A DNA stretch of 29,706 nucleotides from Negativicutes bacterium (GTDB taxonomy: Bacteria; Bacillota; Negativicutes; UBA1444), in contig DATMYT010000568.1 in assembly GCA_035560855.1 (NCBI GenBank), forward strand, positions 1 to 29,706. Direction: 5' to 3'. A program made the position numbers and the translations under genes. Positions 9,893 to 19,650 of the stretch are shown here, in pieces. How positions within the stretch are numbered: position 1 is the stretch's first letter; every line of letters begins with the position of its first letter. Below the pieces are notes generated by a model, which worked only from the letters and a program-made list of their open reading frames with translations, did no database searches and had not been told where the DNA came from.

Positions 9893-10819
9893 CTATCGGA
9901 ATTGGGGTGCAGAAGTCGGATTCATAAGCCGTTCTCCTGACATTTCCCCCCGCAACAACCGTCCAAACAAAACATCCGCCAAAGACTGGCTGCTGGGCCC
10001 AAAAATCGTTTCCCACAGGCCGGTATGTCCATATTCGCGTATCACAGGTTTACCCGAAATACCGGCCATTTTTGCCGCCGCATTCACTGCATCTTCCATC
10101 GTACCCATCTCATCGACCAATCCCAAAGATTTTGCCTTTCTCCCGGTATATATCCTACCATCGGCTAACTGACGCACTTTTTCCGGATCCATTTTGCGAC
10201 CTTCTACTACTACGGCGACAAACTGATCATAAAGATCATCCACCATGTCTTGCAGAATAACCCGCTCTGCTTCGGTCATTGGGCGTTCCGGCGACAACAT
10301 ATCTTTGTGGGGTCCGCTTTTTATTTTTTCGCCATGCACACCAATTTTTTTAAACAACTCTTCCCAGTTTGCATACGGAATATACACGCCAATACTGCCG
10401 GTGATCGTTCCTGGATTTGCATATATTTTGTCACAGAGAGCTGCAATCCAGTATCCTCCAGAAGCTGCAATGTCTCCCATCGAAGCTACCACTACCTTAC
10501 CGGTAGCGCGCAATTTTTTCAGTTCCTCCCCGACTTCCTGCGAAGCGGGCGCGCTGCCGCCGGGGCTGTTGATACGAATTACCACGGCCTTAATGCTTGC
10601 GTCATCCCGAGCAGACTGAATCTGGCGGATAACGGAATCCGTCCCACCACCATCGCCAAACAATCCGCCTTGGCCTCGGCCACCTGTTATTACGCCTTCT
10701 ACGTGAATAACAGCCACTCTGTCCACCTGTTCAAAGGGGTGGAATAGCCACCACCCCATCAGGACCAGCAAGGCTCCGATCAAACATAACATCCCGATAA
10801 AGGATTTTCTGCGAGTCAC
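9893..10819 (-). CDS. sppA: Signal peptide peptidase SppA (S49, single-domain type), about 308 aa (start moved to GTG 10819)
   Basis: N-terminal TM anchor; RINSPGGS, AASGGYW (catalytic Ser), TGSIGV, KSGPHKD; AGGAGG SD 7 nt before GTG. Confidence 0.93.
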   Translation of the reverse strand: MTRRKSFIGMLCLIGALLVLMGWWLFHPFEQVDRVAVIHVEGVITGGRGQGGLFGDGGGTDSVIRQIQSARDDASIKAVVIRINSPGGSAPASQEVGEELKKLRATGKVVVASMGDIAASGGYWIAALCDKIYANPGTITGSIGVYIPYANWEELFKKIGVHGEKIKSGPHKDMLSPERPMTEAERVILQDMVDDLYDQFVAVVVEGRKMDPEKVRQLADGRIYTGRKAKSLGLVDEMGTMEDAVNAAAKMAGISGKPVIREYGHTGLWETIFGPSSQSLADVLFGRLLRGEMSGERLMNPTSAPQFR

Positions 10820-10835
10820 GCCAGTTCCTCCTGTG

Positions 10836-10864
10836 AAAAACTGTTGGGACAATCCCAACAGTTT
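10836..10864 (-). terminator. Intrinsic terminator after pyrG
   Basis: Perfect 12-bp inverted repeat AAACTGTTGGGA-(3 nt)-TCCCAACAGTTT ending in a TTTTT run on the minus strand. Confidence 0.8.
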
Positions 10865-10882
10865 CAATGTTTATAGAAAAAA

Positions 10883-12911
<2,029 letters not shown>

Positions 12912-12994
12912 TACTAACCCTCCAGCTATAATTGTTCTATTTTTGGCAGTTTATCCCCTGCCTGATATTGAGATTAGTTTTTCTTTTGTAAAAG

Positions 12995-14659
12995 CTACAT
13001 TTTTTCCGGAGCATCCACGCCCAAAATCCCAAGGCTGTGTTTAAGTACCCGCTGCGCCGCAGTAACAAGCGCAAGGCGCGCTGCTGTCAGCTCCGGCTCG
13101 ACGCCAAGTACGCGGCATCCGTTGTAAAAGGAGTGAAACAACCCTGCCAATTCATGTGCGTAACGAGCAATCCGATGCGGAGCTCTGTCGCGGGCTGCAG
13201 CAGAAATTTCTTGCGGGTAGTCGCCGAGCTTGCGAATAAGGTCAAGTTCAAACTCCGTGGACAGCCGGGACAATTCCGCTTTGGCGCTGTTGTCAAAAGA
13301 AATTCCCGCTTCTGTCATCTGGCGGAGAATGCTGGCGATACGGGCATGAGCATACTGCACGTAGTACACGGGATTGTCGTTCGAATGAGACTTGGCCAAG
13401 TCAAGGTCAAAGTCGAGCTGGCTGTCGAGGGAACGCATGATAAAAAAGTATCGTGCTGCGTCCCGACCGACTTCTTCGATAAGCTCGGTCAATGTAACGC
13501 CCTGACCGGTCCGTTTGGACATCTTGACCAATTCCCCGCCCTGGTACAGGGACACCATTTGCAGAATCAGCACTTCCAGGCGGTCCGGGTCATAGCCAAG
13601 CGCCGCCATGGCGGCTTTCATGCGGGGTATGTAACCGTGGTGGTCTGCGCCCCATATATTGATGACGGTTTCAAACCCACGGTGGAATTTGTTATCGTGG
13701 TAGGCGATGTCGGAGGCAAAATAGGTCGGAACGCCGTTGTCACGGATAATGACCCGGTCTTTGTCATCGCCAAAATCTGTACTGCGCAGCCAGAATGCCC
13801 CGTCTTTGTCATAGGCATGGCCTTTCTCCCGTAGTTCGGCGCAAGCCGCAGCTACCGCATCATTTTCAAACAAGGATCGTTCACTGAACCAGACATCAAA
13901 GGTAACTCCAAAAGAGGCTAAGTCTTCCTTCAGTGCCGCTAACTTTTCCTCTAGCGCGACCTGTTTGAAGACTTCGCGGCGCGCTTCAGATCCCATCAGC
14001 AGGTAACGGCTGCCGGCATTATCGATGATTCGCTGTGCCGTGTCGATGATGTCGCGACCATGGTAGCCATCTTCCGGAAACTCGGGGCTCTGCCCCAAAA
14101 GTTCAAGATAACGAGCTTCCACTGAAAGCGCAAGATTGTCGATCTGGTTGCCTGCATCGTTGATGTAAAATTCTTTTTGTACATCATAGCCAGCGGCCGC
14201 CATCAGATTGGCGAGCGCGCTGCCAAACGCTGCGCCGCGGCCGTGACCCACATGCAGCGGGCCGGTGGGGTTGGCGCTGACAAATTCAATCTGTATTTTT
14301 TGTTTCCCGCCGATCTCAGTATTGCCGTATGTTTCTCCCTGATCGAGGATTTCCTGCAATAGGCCGTACAACCAGTCAGGTTTCAGAAAAAAATTGATGA
14401 AGCCGGGTCCGGCAATTTCGGCTCGGTCCAACCAGGGAAACTGCAAATGGGCCACAATCGCTTCGGCAATTTTTCGAGGATTAGCCTTAAGCGTTCGAGC
14501 AGCCTGCATCGCAAAATTAGTAGCATAATCACCGAAGCTCTTTTCCGGCGGTACTTCCAGAAATACTTCCGGCAAGGCACCCTGCGGCAAACTTCCTTCC
14601 GCCACTGCTTCAGCCGCCGCGCGCGCGATGGCTCCGGCCAGTTGTTCCTTAACGTTCAA
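12995..14659 (-). CDS. argS: Arginine--tRNA ligase, 554 aa, TTG start
   Basis: FGDYATN, EFVSANPTGPLHVGHGRG (HIGH-type motif), WGADHHGY, KMSKR, YVQYAHARI; AGGAGG SD. Confidence 0.98.
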   Translation of the reverse strand: MNVKEQLAGAIARAAAEAVAEGSLPQGALPEVFLEVPPEKSFGDYATNFAMQAARTLKANPRKIAEAIVAHLQFPWLDRAEIAGPGFINFFLKPDWLYGLLQEILDQGETYGNTEIGGKQKIQIEFVSANPTGPLHVGHGRGAAFGSALANLMAAAGYDVQKEFYINDAGNQIDNLALSVEARYLELLGQSPEFPEDGYHGRDIIDTAQRIIDNAGSRYLLMGSEARREVFKQVALEEKLAALKEDLASFGVTFDVWFSERSLFENDAVAAACAELREKGHAYDKDGAFWLRSTDFGDDKDRVIIRDNGVPTYFASDIAYHDNKFHRGFETVINIWGADHHGYIPRMKAAMAALGYDPDRLEVLILQMVSLYQGGELVKMSKRTGQGVTLTELIEEVGRDAARYFFIMRSLDSQLDFDLDLAKSHSNDNPVYYVQYAHARIASILRQMTEAGISFDNSAKAELSRLSTEFELDLIRKLGDYPQEISAAARDRAPHRIARYAHELAGLFHSFYNGCRVLGVEPELTAARLALVTAAQRVLKHSLGILGVDAPEKM

Positions 14660-14709
14660 TCGTTGTTCCTCCTGTGTATCCTTAAAGGCATTTACGCAAA
14701 TACGTGTCT

Positions 14710-14738
14710 ATTATAGCAGCAGTTGCGACTGTTGCCAA
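14710..14738 (-). promoter_or_regulatory. Sigma-A promoter for argS
   Basis: TTGGCA (14738-14733), 17-nt spacer ending in TGC (extended -10), TATAAT (14715-14710). Confidence 0.8.
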
Positions 14739-14754
14739 ATACGAATTTAACAGT

Positions 14755-16248
14755 TCACAATGCCTTCGTCATCGCCTCAGCAACAGTCTTGAGCACGGTC
14801 ATTCGCGCATATTCTTTGGAGTTGGCAGCCACTACCGTCCATGGAGCCTTGTGGGTCGATGTTCGAAAAAGCATTTCATCGACAGCAACTTTATAGGCAT
14901 CCCATTTTTCTCGGTTGCGCCAATCTTCGGCAGTAATTTTCCAGCTTTTTTCCGGAGTATGTTCACGTTCCTCAAAGCGTCGCAGTTGTTCATCCTTATC
15001 AATGTGTAGCCAGAATTTAACAATGACGGCGCCAAAATTCGTTAGTTGCTCTTCAAATTCATTGATCTCACGGTAGGCGCGCCGCCATTCATTCTCTTTG
15101 CAAAAACCTTCCACGCGCTCTACCAGAACCCGACCATACCACGTCCGGTCAAAAATGGTAACGCGTCCTGCCGCCGGCACAGCCTGCCAAAACCGCCAGA
15201 GATAGTGATGAGCCCTTTCCGTATCATTGGGAGCCGAAATCGGCGTCACTTCATAGCCTCGAGGATCAAAATTTTCCACCAGTCGTTTAATAGCGCCACC
15301 CTTGCCCGCGGCATCCCATCCTTCAAAGAGAATCAGGACCGGAATTTTTTTCTTGTAGGTTTCATAATGCAACGCATGGAGTTTGGTTCCCCATCGATCA
15401 ATTTCCTTCTCATATTGGTCTGGTTTCCAATCTTTCGATATAGTGACTTTGTCGAGAACAGATGTAGGAATTTCTGTCGGTGCGCCTACAAAGTCCGGCA
15501 CGGGTAACATCGCTTGCGCTTCTTTTCCCCCTCGCTCCTTTTGCTGAATGCGTTGCAAGAGCGTATCGATGACCGTCCTGCAAATCTTTTCAGCGGCAAA
15601 CCGCCGGTCCATGGCTGCGATCGGCGTCCACGGGCTGCAGTCGCGATCCGTACGGCTCAGGGTTTCCTCAATGATTGTAAGATATTCTTCATATTTACGA
15701 TGTCGGCGCATTTCCACATCGCCCACCCGCCAACGGGTTGCGGGATCTTTTTCAAGTTCATCTATACGCTTTTTCTGTTCTTTTTTCGTAATATGCAGAA
15801 AAATTTTAATCAGAAGGCAACCTGAATCTGACAGCTGCCTCTCGAACGATACAATCTCATCATAAAAAGTTGACACTCGATCATTTTTTGTCACTCCATC
15901 GATCCGATCAGATAGTACTGCATCATACCAGCTTTTGTCATAAATCATAATCTGACCTGCGGCCGGCGTAGTATTCCAATACCGCCACAAAAAAGGATGC
16001 GCAACCACATCACCGTGGCAGAGGTTATTGGCAAAAACCTTGAATCCCCGGGGATCCAAGCGCAATATCAGTTCATTGATCAACGTACCGCGTCCTGCCG
16101 CATCCCACCCTTCAAATACGATAATAGCTGGAATGCCAAGGTCATGTAATCTTCGGTGCAATGCGCCCAGTTGGACTCCTAAGCGATCCATCTGCGTCTT
16201 GAACTCGCTTTTGGAAATCTTTTGTCCTAAATCCAGCTGGTCAAGCAT
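14755..16248 (-). CDS. pap: Polyphosphate:AMP phosphotransferase (two-domain PPK2, class II type), 497 aa
   Basis: Tandem PPK2 domains: FEGWDAAGRG...LDPRGF...DKSWY and FEGWDAAGKGG...FDPRGY...FDRTWYGRVLVERVEGF. Confidence 0.92.
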   Translation of the reverse strand: MLDQLDLGQKISKSEFKTQMDRLGVQLGALHRRLHDLGIPAIIVFEGWDAAGRGTLINELILRLDPRGFKVFANNLCHGDVVAHPFLWRYWNTTPAAGQIMIYDKSWYDAVLSDRIDGVTKNDRVSTFYDEIVSFERQLSDSGCLLIKIFLHITKKEQKKRIDELEKDPATRWRVGDVEMRRHRKYEEYLTIIEETLSRTDRDCSPWTPIAAMDRRFAAEKICRTVIDTLLQRIQQKERGGKEAQAMLPVPDFVGAPTEIPTSVLDKVTISKDWKPDQYEKEIDRWGTKLHALHYETYKKKIPVLILFEGWDAAGKGGAIKRLVENFDPRGYEVTPISAPNDTERAHHYLWRFWQAVPAAGRVTIFDRTWYGRVLVERVEGFCKENEWRRAYREINEFEEQLTNFGAVIVKFWLHIDKDEQLRRFEEREHTPEKSWKITAEDWRNREKWDAYKVAVDEMLFRTSTHKAPWTVVAANSKEYARMTVLKTVAEAMTKAL

Positions 16249-16329
16249 GTTGTTTCCCCCTTAATTCCCCTAATCCGAGAAATTCATCCGCTGTTTTCTG
16301 TTCATCTATGTATATCTGGTAGGAATTCA

Positions 16330-16338
16330 TGGTAAAAT
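16330..16338 (+). promoter_or_regulatory. Possible extended -10 promoter for the + strand gene
   Basis: TG-G-TAAAAT about 37 nt upstream of ATG 16376; no recognisable -35. Confidence 0.35.
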
Positions 16339-16375
16339 ACTTGCAGAATCCCAATATGTTTAATGAGGTGAAGCT

Positions 16376-16870
16376 ATGAAATCAGCCAAAAACAAATCCA
16401 TGCTCTCATTGCTGCTGGCCGTAATGTTGCTGCTATGCCTGCAATCAGCGGTATTCGCCGCTAAGGCTCCCGCTACTTTGCCCCCCGTCACCCCTGCTGC
16501 TCCTGCGCCGCAGTATGTAGTTCCTTTCGAAATTCGCGAGTTCACAGCTGACTCGCTGGGAACGACTCTGGTTCAAAAAATACGCGATTCCTTTGCCGAG
16601 GATAAAAGATTTCGTTTATCAGTTTCAGATGCAAATCGGGTAATTATCCGTTTGTACACCCGGGGAATTCCCGGCAAAGAACTTCAAACCGCTTATAGCT
16701 TTACAGTAACCTTCAAGCTGGCAAATAATACCGAGGAATTATTTGCGGGAAGTACAATCGGCACATGCAACCTGAAAGAAGTTCCCGCCGATGCAAAAGG
16801 CATTGTGAATATGGCGTGGGATCAAGTCAACAACTATCCAAAGTTGTTTGAAGCAGTTACGAAAAAATAG
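16376..16870 (+). CDS. Hypothetical secreted/periplasmic protein, 164 aa
   Basis: GAGGTG SD 5 nt before ATG; Sec signal peptide ending AVFA; Pro/Ala linker; occupies the gap between pap and the PfkB gene; followed by a terminator. Confidence 0.8.
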   Translation: MKSAKNKSMLSLLLAVMLLLCLQSAVFAAKAPATLPPVTPAAPAPQYVVPFEIREFTADSLGTTLVQKIRDSFAEDKRFRLSVSDANRVIIRLYTRGIPGKELQTAYSFTVTFKLANNTEELFAGSTIGTCNLKEVPADAKGIVNMAWDQVNNYPKLFEAVTKK

Positions 16871-16902
16871 TTCAAATAACAACTACCATGAAGTTTGTCT
16901 GC

Positions 16903-16930
16903 AAACCTCCGGTTACACCGGAGGTTTTTT
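16903..16930. terminator. Terminator between convergent genes (clear on +, probably bidirectional)
   Basis: AAACCTCCGGT-tac-ACCGGAGGTTT followed by TTT; overlaps the PfkB stop codon (16929-16931). Confidence 0.85.
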
Positions 16931-17852
16931 ATACGTCCAACTGCTCTTTGAGCGTCGGGCAGTTGTTCTCAGAAAACTGAATCGTGCAGGCTGCCGCTCG
17001 GGTCCCGGTAACAACAGCTTGCGCCAAAGACGCCCCGCGCGCTAAGCTTACCATTGTTCCTGAGAAAAAAGCATCTCCCGCTCCGCAGGTATCTACCACG
17101 TTCACTTTCATTGCCGGTTGCACACCGGACTCACCAGATATTGCATCAAAAAAAGCACAACCATTGGCGCCCAAAGTGACCACCACCGACTGCAGTTTTC
17201 GCTCGCGGGCAAATGCAGGAAGTTTAGCCATTACACTTTGAGGATCTGTTTCATTAAATTCAGTCCCACACAGTCGGCCTGCTTCAATATGGTTACAGAC
17301 AAAACAGGCCAGCCCATTCAGCACTTCCGGCGCATTCAGGATTACGTCCAGATTGCCGGGTAATCCGTATACCGGTCGTTGCTTTTCTTTGGCCAATTTT
17401 AATACCTGTTTGGTAATCGTCTCGTTCAAATCGAGTTCCAGTGCAATATGCGTTGATTTATCCATGAGGTCAGCACCCCGTTGGTATATCATATCCGCCA
17501 TTCCCTGCAAATTTGGCATCTGCGAAATAGATCCCGCCAATTCGCCCTGCTCATCCAGGACAACCAACCACATTCCCATGCCGCATTCATCCAATTTCGC
17601 CAAAAATGTGGTATCGACGCCGACCGTTTCGAGCTTTCCGGCAACATCCTCACCGATAGCTCCCTTGTCAATACTGGATACCAGACTGACGGAAAGCCCC
17701 ATTCGAGCAATATTTTCTGCGACATTGCGCCCGACTCCGCCATGCACAAAGCGCACCGAACCTAAATTTCTGCCGAGTGGCACATATTTCGCGGCGGCAA
17801 AGCCTTTACAGTCCACAAAAACAGTTCCCACTACTCCAACGTGAGTTAACAA
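16929..17852 (-). CDS. PfkB/ribokinase-family kinase, substrate unknown (PsuK-like N-terminus), 307 aa, TTG start
   Basis: GGVGRNVAENIARMG (PfkB signature 1), CNHIEA, VVTLGANG, DTCGAGDAF (signature 2); GGAGG SD. Confidence 0.88.
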   Translation of the reverse strand: MLTHVGVVGTVFVDCKGFAAAKYVPLGRNLGSVRFVHGGVGRNVAENIARMGLSVSLVSSIDKGAIGEDVAGKLETVGVDTTFLAKLDECGMGMWLVVLDEQGELAGSISQMPNLQGMADMIYQRGADLMDKSTHIALELDLNETITKQVLKLAKEKQRPVYGLPGNLDVILNAPEVLNGLACFVCNHIEAGRLCGTEFNETDPQSVMAKLPAFARERKLQSVVVTLGANGCAFFDAISGESGVQPAMKVNVVDTCGAGDAFFSGTMVSLARGASLAQAVVTGTRAAACTIQFSENNCPTLKEQLDV

Positions 17853-17893
17853 AACTCATCCTCCATTTCCGCACCAGACTTCTCATAAGCAAT

Positions 17894-17938
17894 AAAAGGG
17901 AGACGGGCCTGCCCTCCGGGAGAAGAACATGCCCGTCT
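17894..17938 (-). terminator. Possible terminator after speD
   Basis: 8-bp stem AGACGGGC/GCCCGTCT with a 22-nt loop, then CCCTTTT on the minus strand; the large loop makes it atypical. Confidence 0.4.
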
Positions 17939-17949
17939 TGTCATTCTGT

Positions 17950-18795
17950 TTATACTTTTGGAATATTTCTGCCTGAGAAGATCTCATTCATTTCTTTTTT
18001 CAACCTCTGCTTTATTTTTTTCTTTTCAGCAGTGATTAGCTCCTTCTTGGCGGTGCCAAACAAATAATTGTCGAGATCAAATTCCTTCAGCAGCATCTTC
18101 GTGTGGAAAATATTATCCTGGTAAACATTCACATCTACCATCTGATACAAATCCCGTGTTTCCCGGGAAATATAATTTTGGATCGAATTAATCTTGTGGT
18201 CAATAAACAGTTTTTTGCCATTAATATCGCGCGTGAATCCGCGCACCCGATAGTCAATGACTACCATATCCGAACTAAAACTGTTGATCAAATAATTCAA
18301 GGCAGTTAACGGTGAAATTCGGCCGCAAGTCGACACATCAATATCCGCGCGGAAAGTGCTGATGCCTTGATCCGGATGACTCTCCGGATAGGTGTGGACA
18401 GTGATGTGACTTTTGTCGAGATGCGCCACTATCGCATCGGTCTTCTTCTTTTTCACTTTTTTCTTCGGCTCATCTTCATCGATAATTTCCGGCGTCTCTG
18501 CCGCCAAAGCCTCTGATGCTTCCTTGTCCTCTGCAATCAGCATTGTTACGCTCGAACCCTGTGGTTCATAATCCTGTTGGGCAATATTGAGGATGTTGGC
18601 GCCGATGATCTTTGCCACTTCAGTGAGGATCCCGGTCAATCGCTCAGCATTATACTCTTCATCAATATAGTCGATGTACGCCTGCCGGTGTTGGGGCGTT
18701 TTGGCGTAACAAATATCGTACATGTTGAAACTCAGTGATTTGGTCAGGTTATTAAAACCATATAACTGAAGTTTCTTGATTCTTTTGACCTTCAT
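17950..18795 (-). CDS. speD: S-adenosylmethionine decarboxylase proenzyme, long E. coli-like form, 281 aa (start moved to ATG 18795)
   Basis: [35 protein letters not shown] (pyruvoyl-forming K/S cleavage), [16 protein letters not shown]; GGGGA SD. Confidence 0.95.
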   Translation of the reverse strand: MKVKRIKKLQLYGFNNLTKSLSFNMYDICYAKTPQHRQAYIDYIDEEYNAERLTGILTEVAKIIGANILNIAQQDYEPQGSSVTMLIAEDKEASEALAAETPEIIDEDEPKKKVKKKKTDAIVAHLDKSHITVHTYPESHPDQGISTFRADIDVSTCGRISPLTALNYLINSFSSDMVVIDYRVRGFTRDINGKKLFIDHKINSIQNYISRETRDLYQMVDVNVYQDNIFHTKMLLKEFDLDNYLFGTAKKELITAEKKKIKQRLKKEMNEIFSGRNIPKV

Positions 18796-18836
18796 GCGCT
18801 TCCCCCTTATTCCATCCGGCATTCTTTTCTACACAA

Positions 18837-18865
18837 ATAGTAGCAGATTTTCTTACATGTTTCAA
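18837..18865 (-). promoter_or_regulatory. Sigma-A promoter for speD
   Basis: TTGAAA (18865-18860), 17-nt spacer ending in TGC, TACTAT (18842-18837). Confidence 0.7.
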
Positions 18866-18918
18866 ATGTTTATGCAATAAAGTTTTTCAGAGGCAAATAT
18901 GATTGTCGGAAATTGTTT

Positions 18919-19635
18919 TTACAGCCCGCTTTCGCGCCAACAAAAATATACACCAAGCAACCCGTGACCCAAGGACACGCTGACACTTTGCGAACCTTCC
19001 GCCAACCGATTGCAAATTCCACCAGGATGCTTCATCGTCAATGTTGCTTCCTGCAACGGCCAATGCACACCCTGGCTGTTCACATTGTCACATACTGCAG
19101 ACAAGGGCATCAACGACACAGCAATCGGACTCTGCGTCAACTCCGCTCGAAACGCTTGGCCGCCTTCAACTAAAAACAGTGCTTCCGCTTCATCAACCAA
19201 TCCAATCGCATGAACGTCCCACAGCTTTGATTCCTGCAAACTGAACACATTGGAGTAAGCATGATCAAAACGCCGCCCCATACCGCCCGTCAGCAACGCC
19301 GATGCGTCGGGATGTCGGCCCCCAAGTTCCTGCAATGTCAGTTGAAGATCCGTCAAATCCTTGTCAATGGAGTGCCGCACTATCGGAACATGGTGAGACT
19401 CGGCCCATTGCCACGCTTCGACTGCTCCGCTGTCTGCATCACCGACCAGAATTTCCGGAATCACCGCCGCAGATCGGCACACGTCTATACCACGATCAAT
19501 CGCCCACACCGGGTAGCGCTGAGCCACCTGCTTCAACCACTTTTCATTCGGTGGTCGCCCTCCGGCAACCAATATCACAGGATCAGACGACTCCGAGGCG
19601 AGAAAAAAGCACCCCTGCGGCAACTCTATTTTCAT
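18919..19635 (-). CDS. thiN: Thiamine pyrophosphokinase, 238 aa
   Basis: AIDRG, LVGDADS, DKDLTD, RFDH, C-terminal GVHWPL...ICN thiamine-binding domain; GGAGG SD. Confidence 0.88.
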   Translation of the reverse strand: MKIELPQGCFFLASESSDPVILVAGGRPPNEKWLKQVAQRYPVWAIDRGIDVCRSAAVIPEILVGDADSGAVEAWQWAESHHVPIVRHSIDKDLTDLQLTLQELGGRHPDASALLTGGMGRRFDHAYSNVFSLQESKLWDVHAIGLVDEAEALFLVEGGQAFRAELTQSPIAVSLMPLSAVCDNVNSQGVHWPLQEATLTMKHPGGICNRLAEGSQSVSVSLGHGLLGVYFCWRESGL

Positions 19636-19650
19636 GCAGTCAGCCTCCGT

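Noticed and set aside
13037-13834. 265-aa + strand ORF opposite argS
   Set aside because: Fully antisense to a conserved gene, with no motifs or SD; a codon-bias shadow ORF.
18452-18475. -1 frameshift signal in the speD Lys run
   Set aside because: Codons read AAG AAA AAA GTG AAA AAG, with no in-frame A-AAA-AAG heptamer or clear stimulator, and the ORF is intact.
19636-19650. TPP riboswitch upstream of thiN
   Set aside because: The gap is only 15 nt and no TPP aptamer motif is visible.
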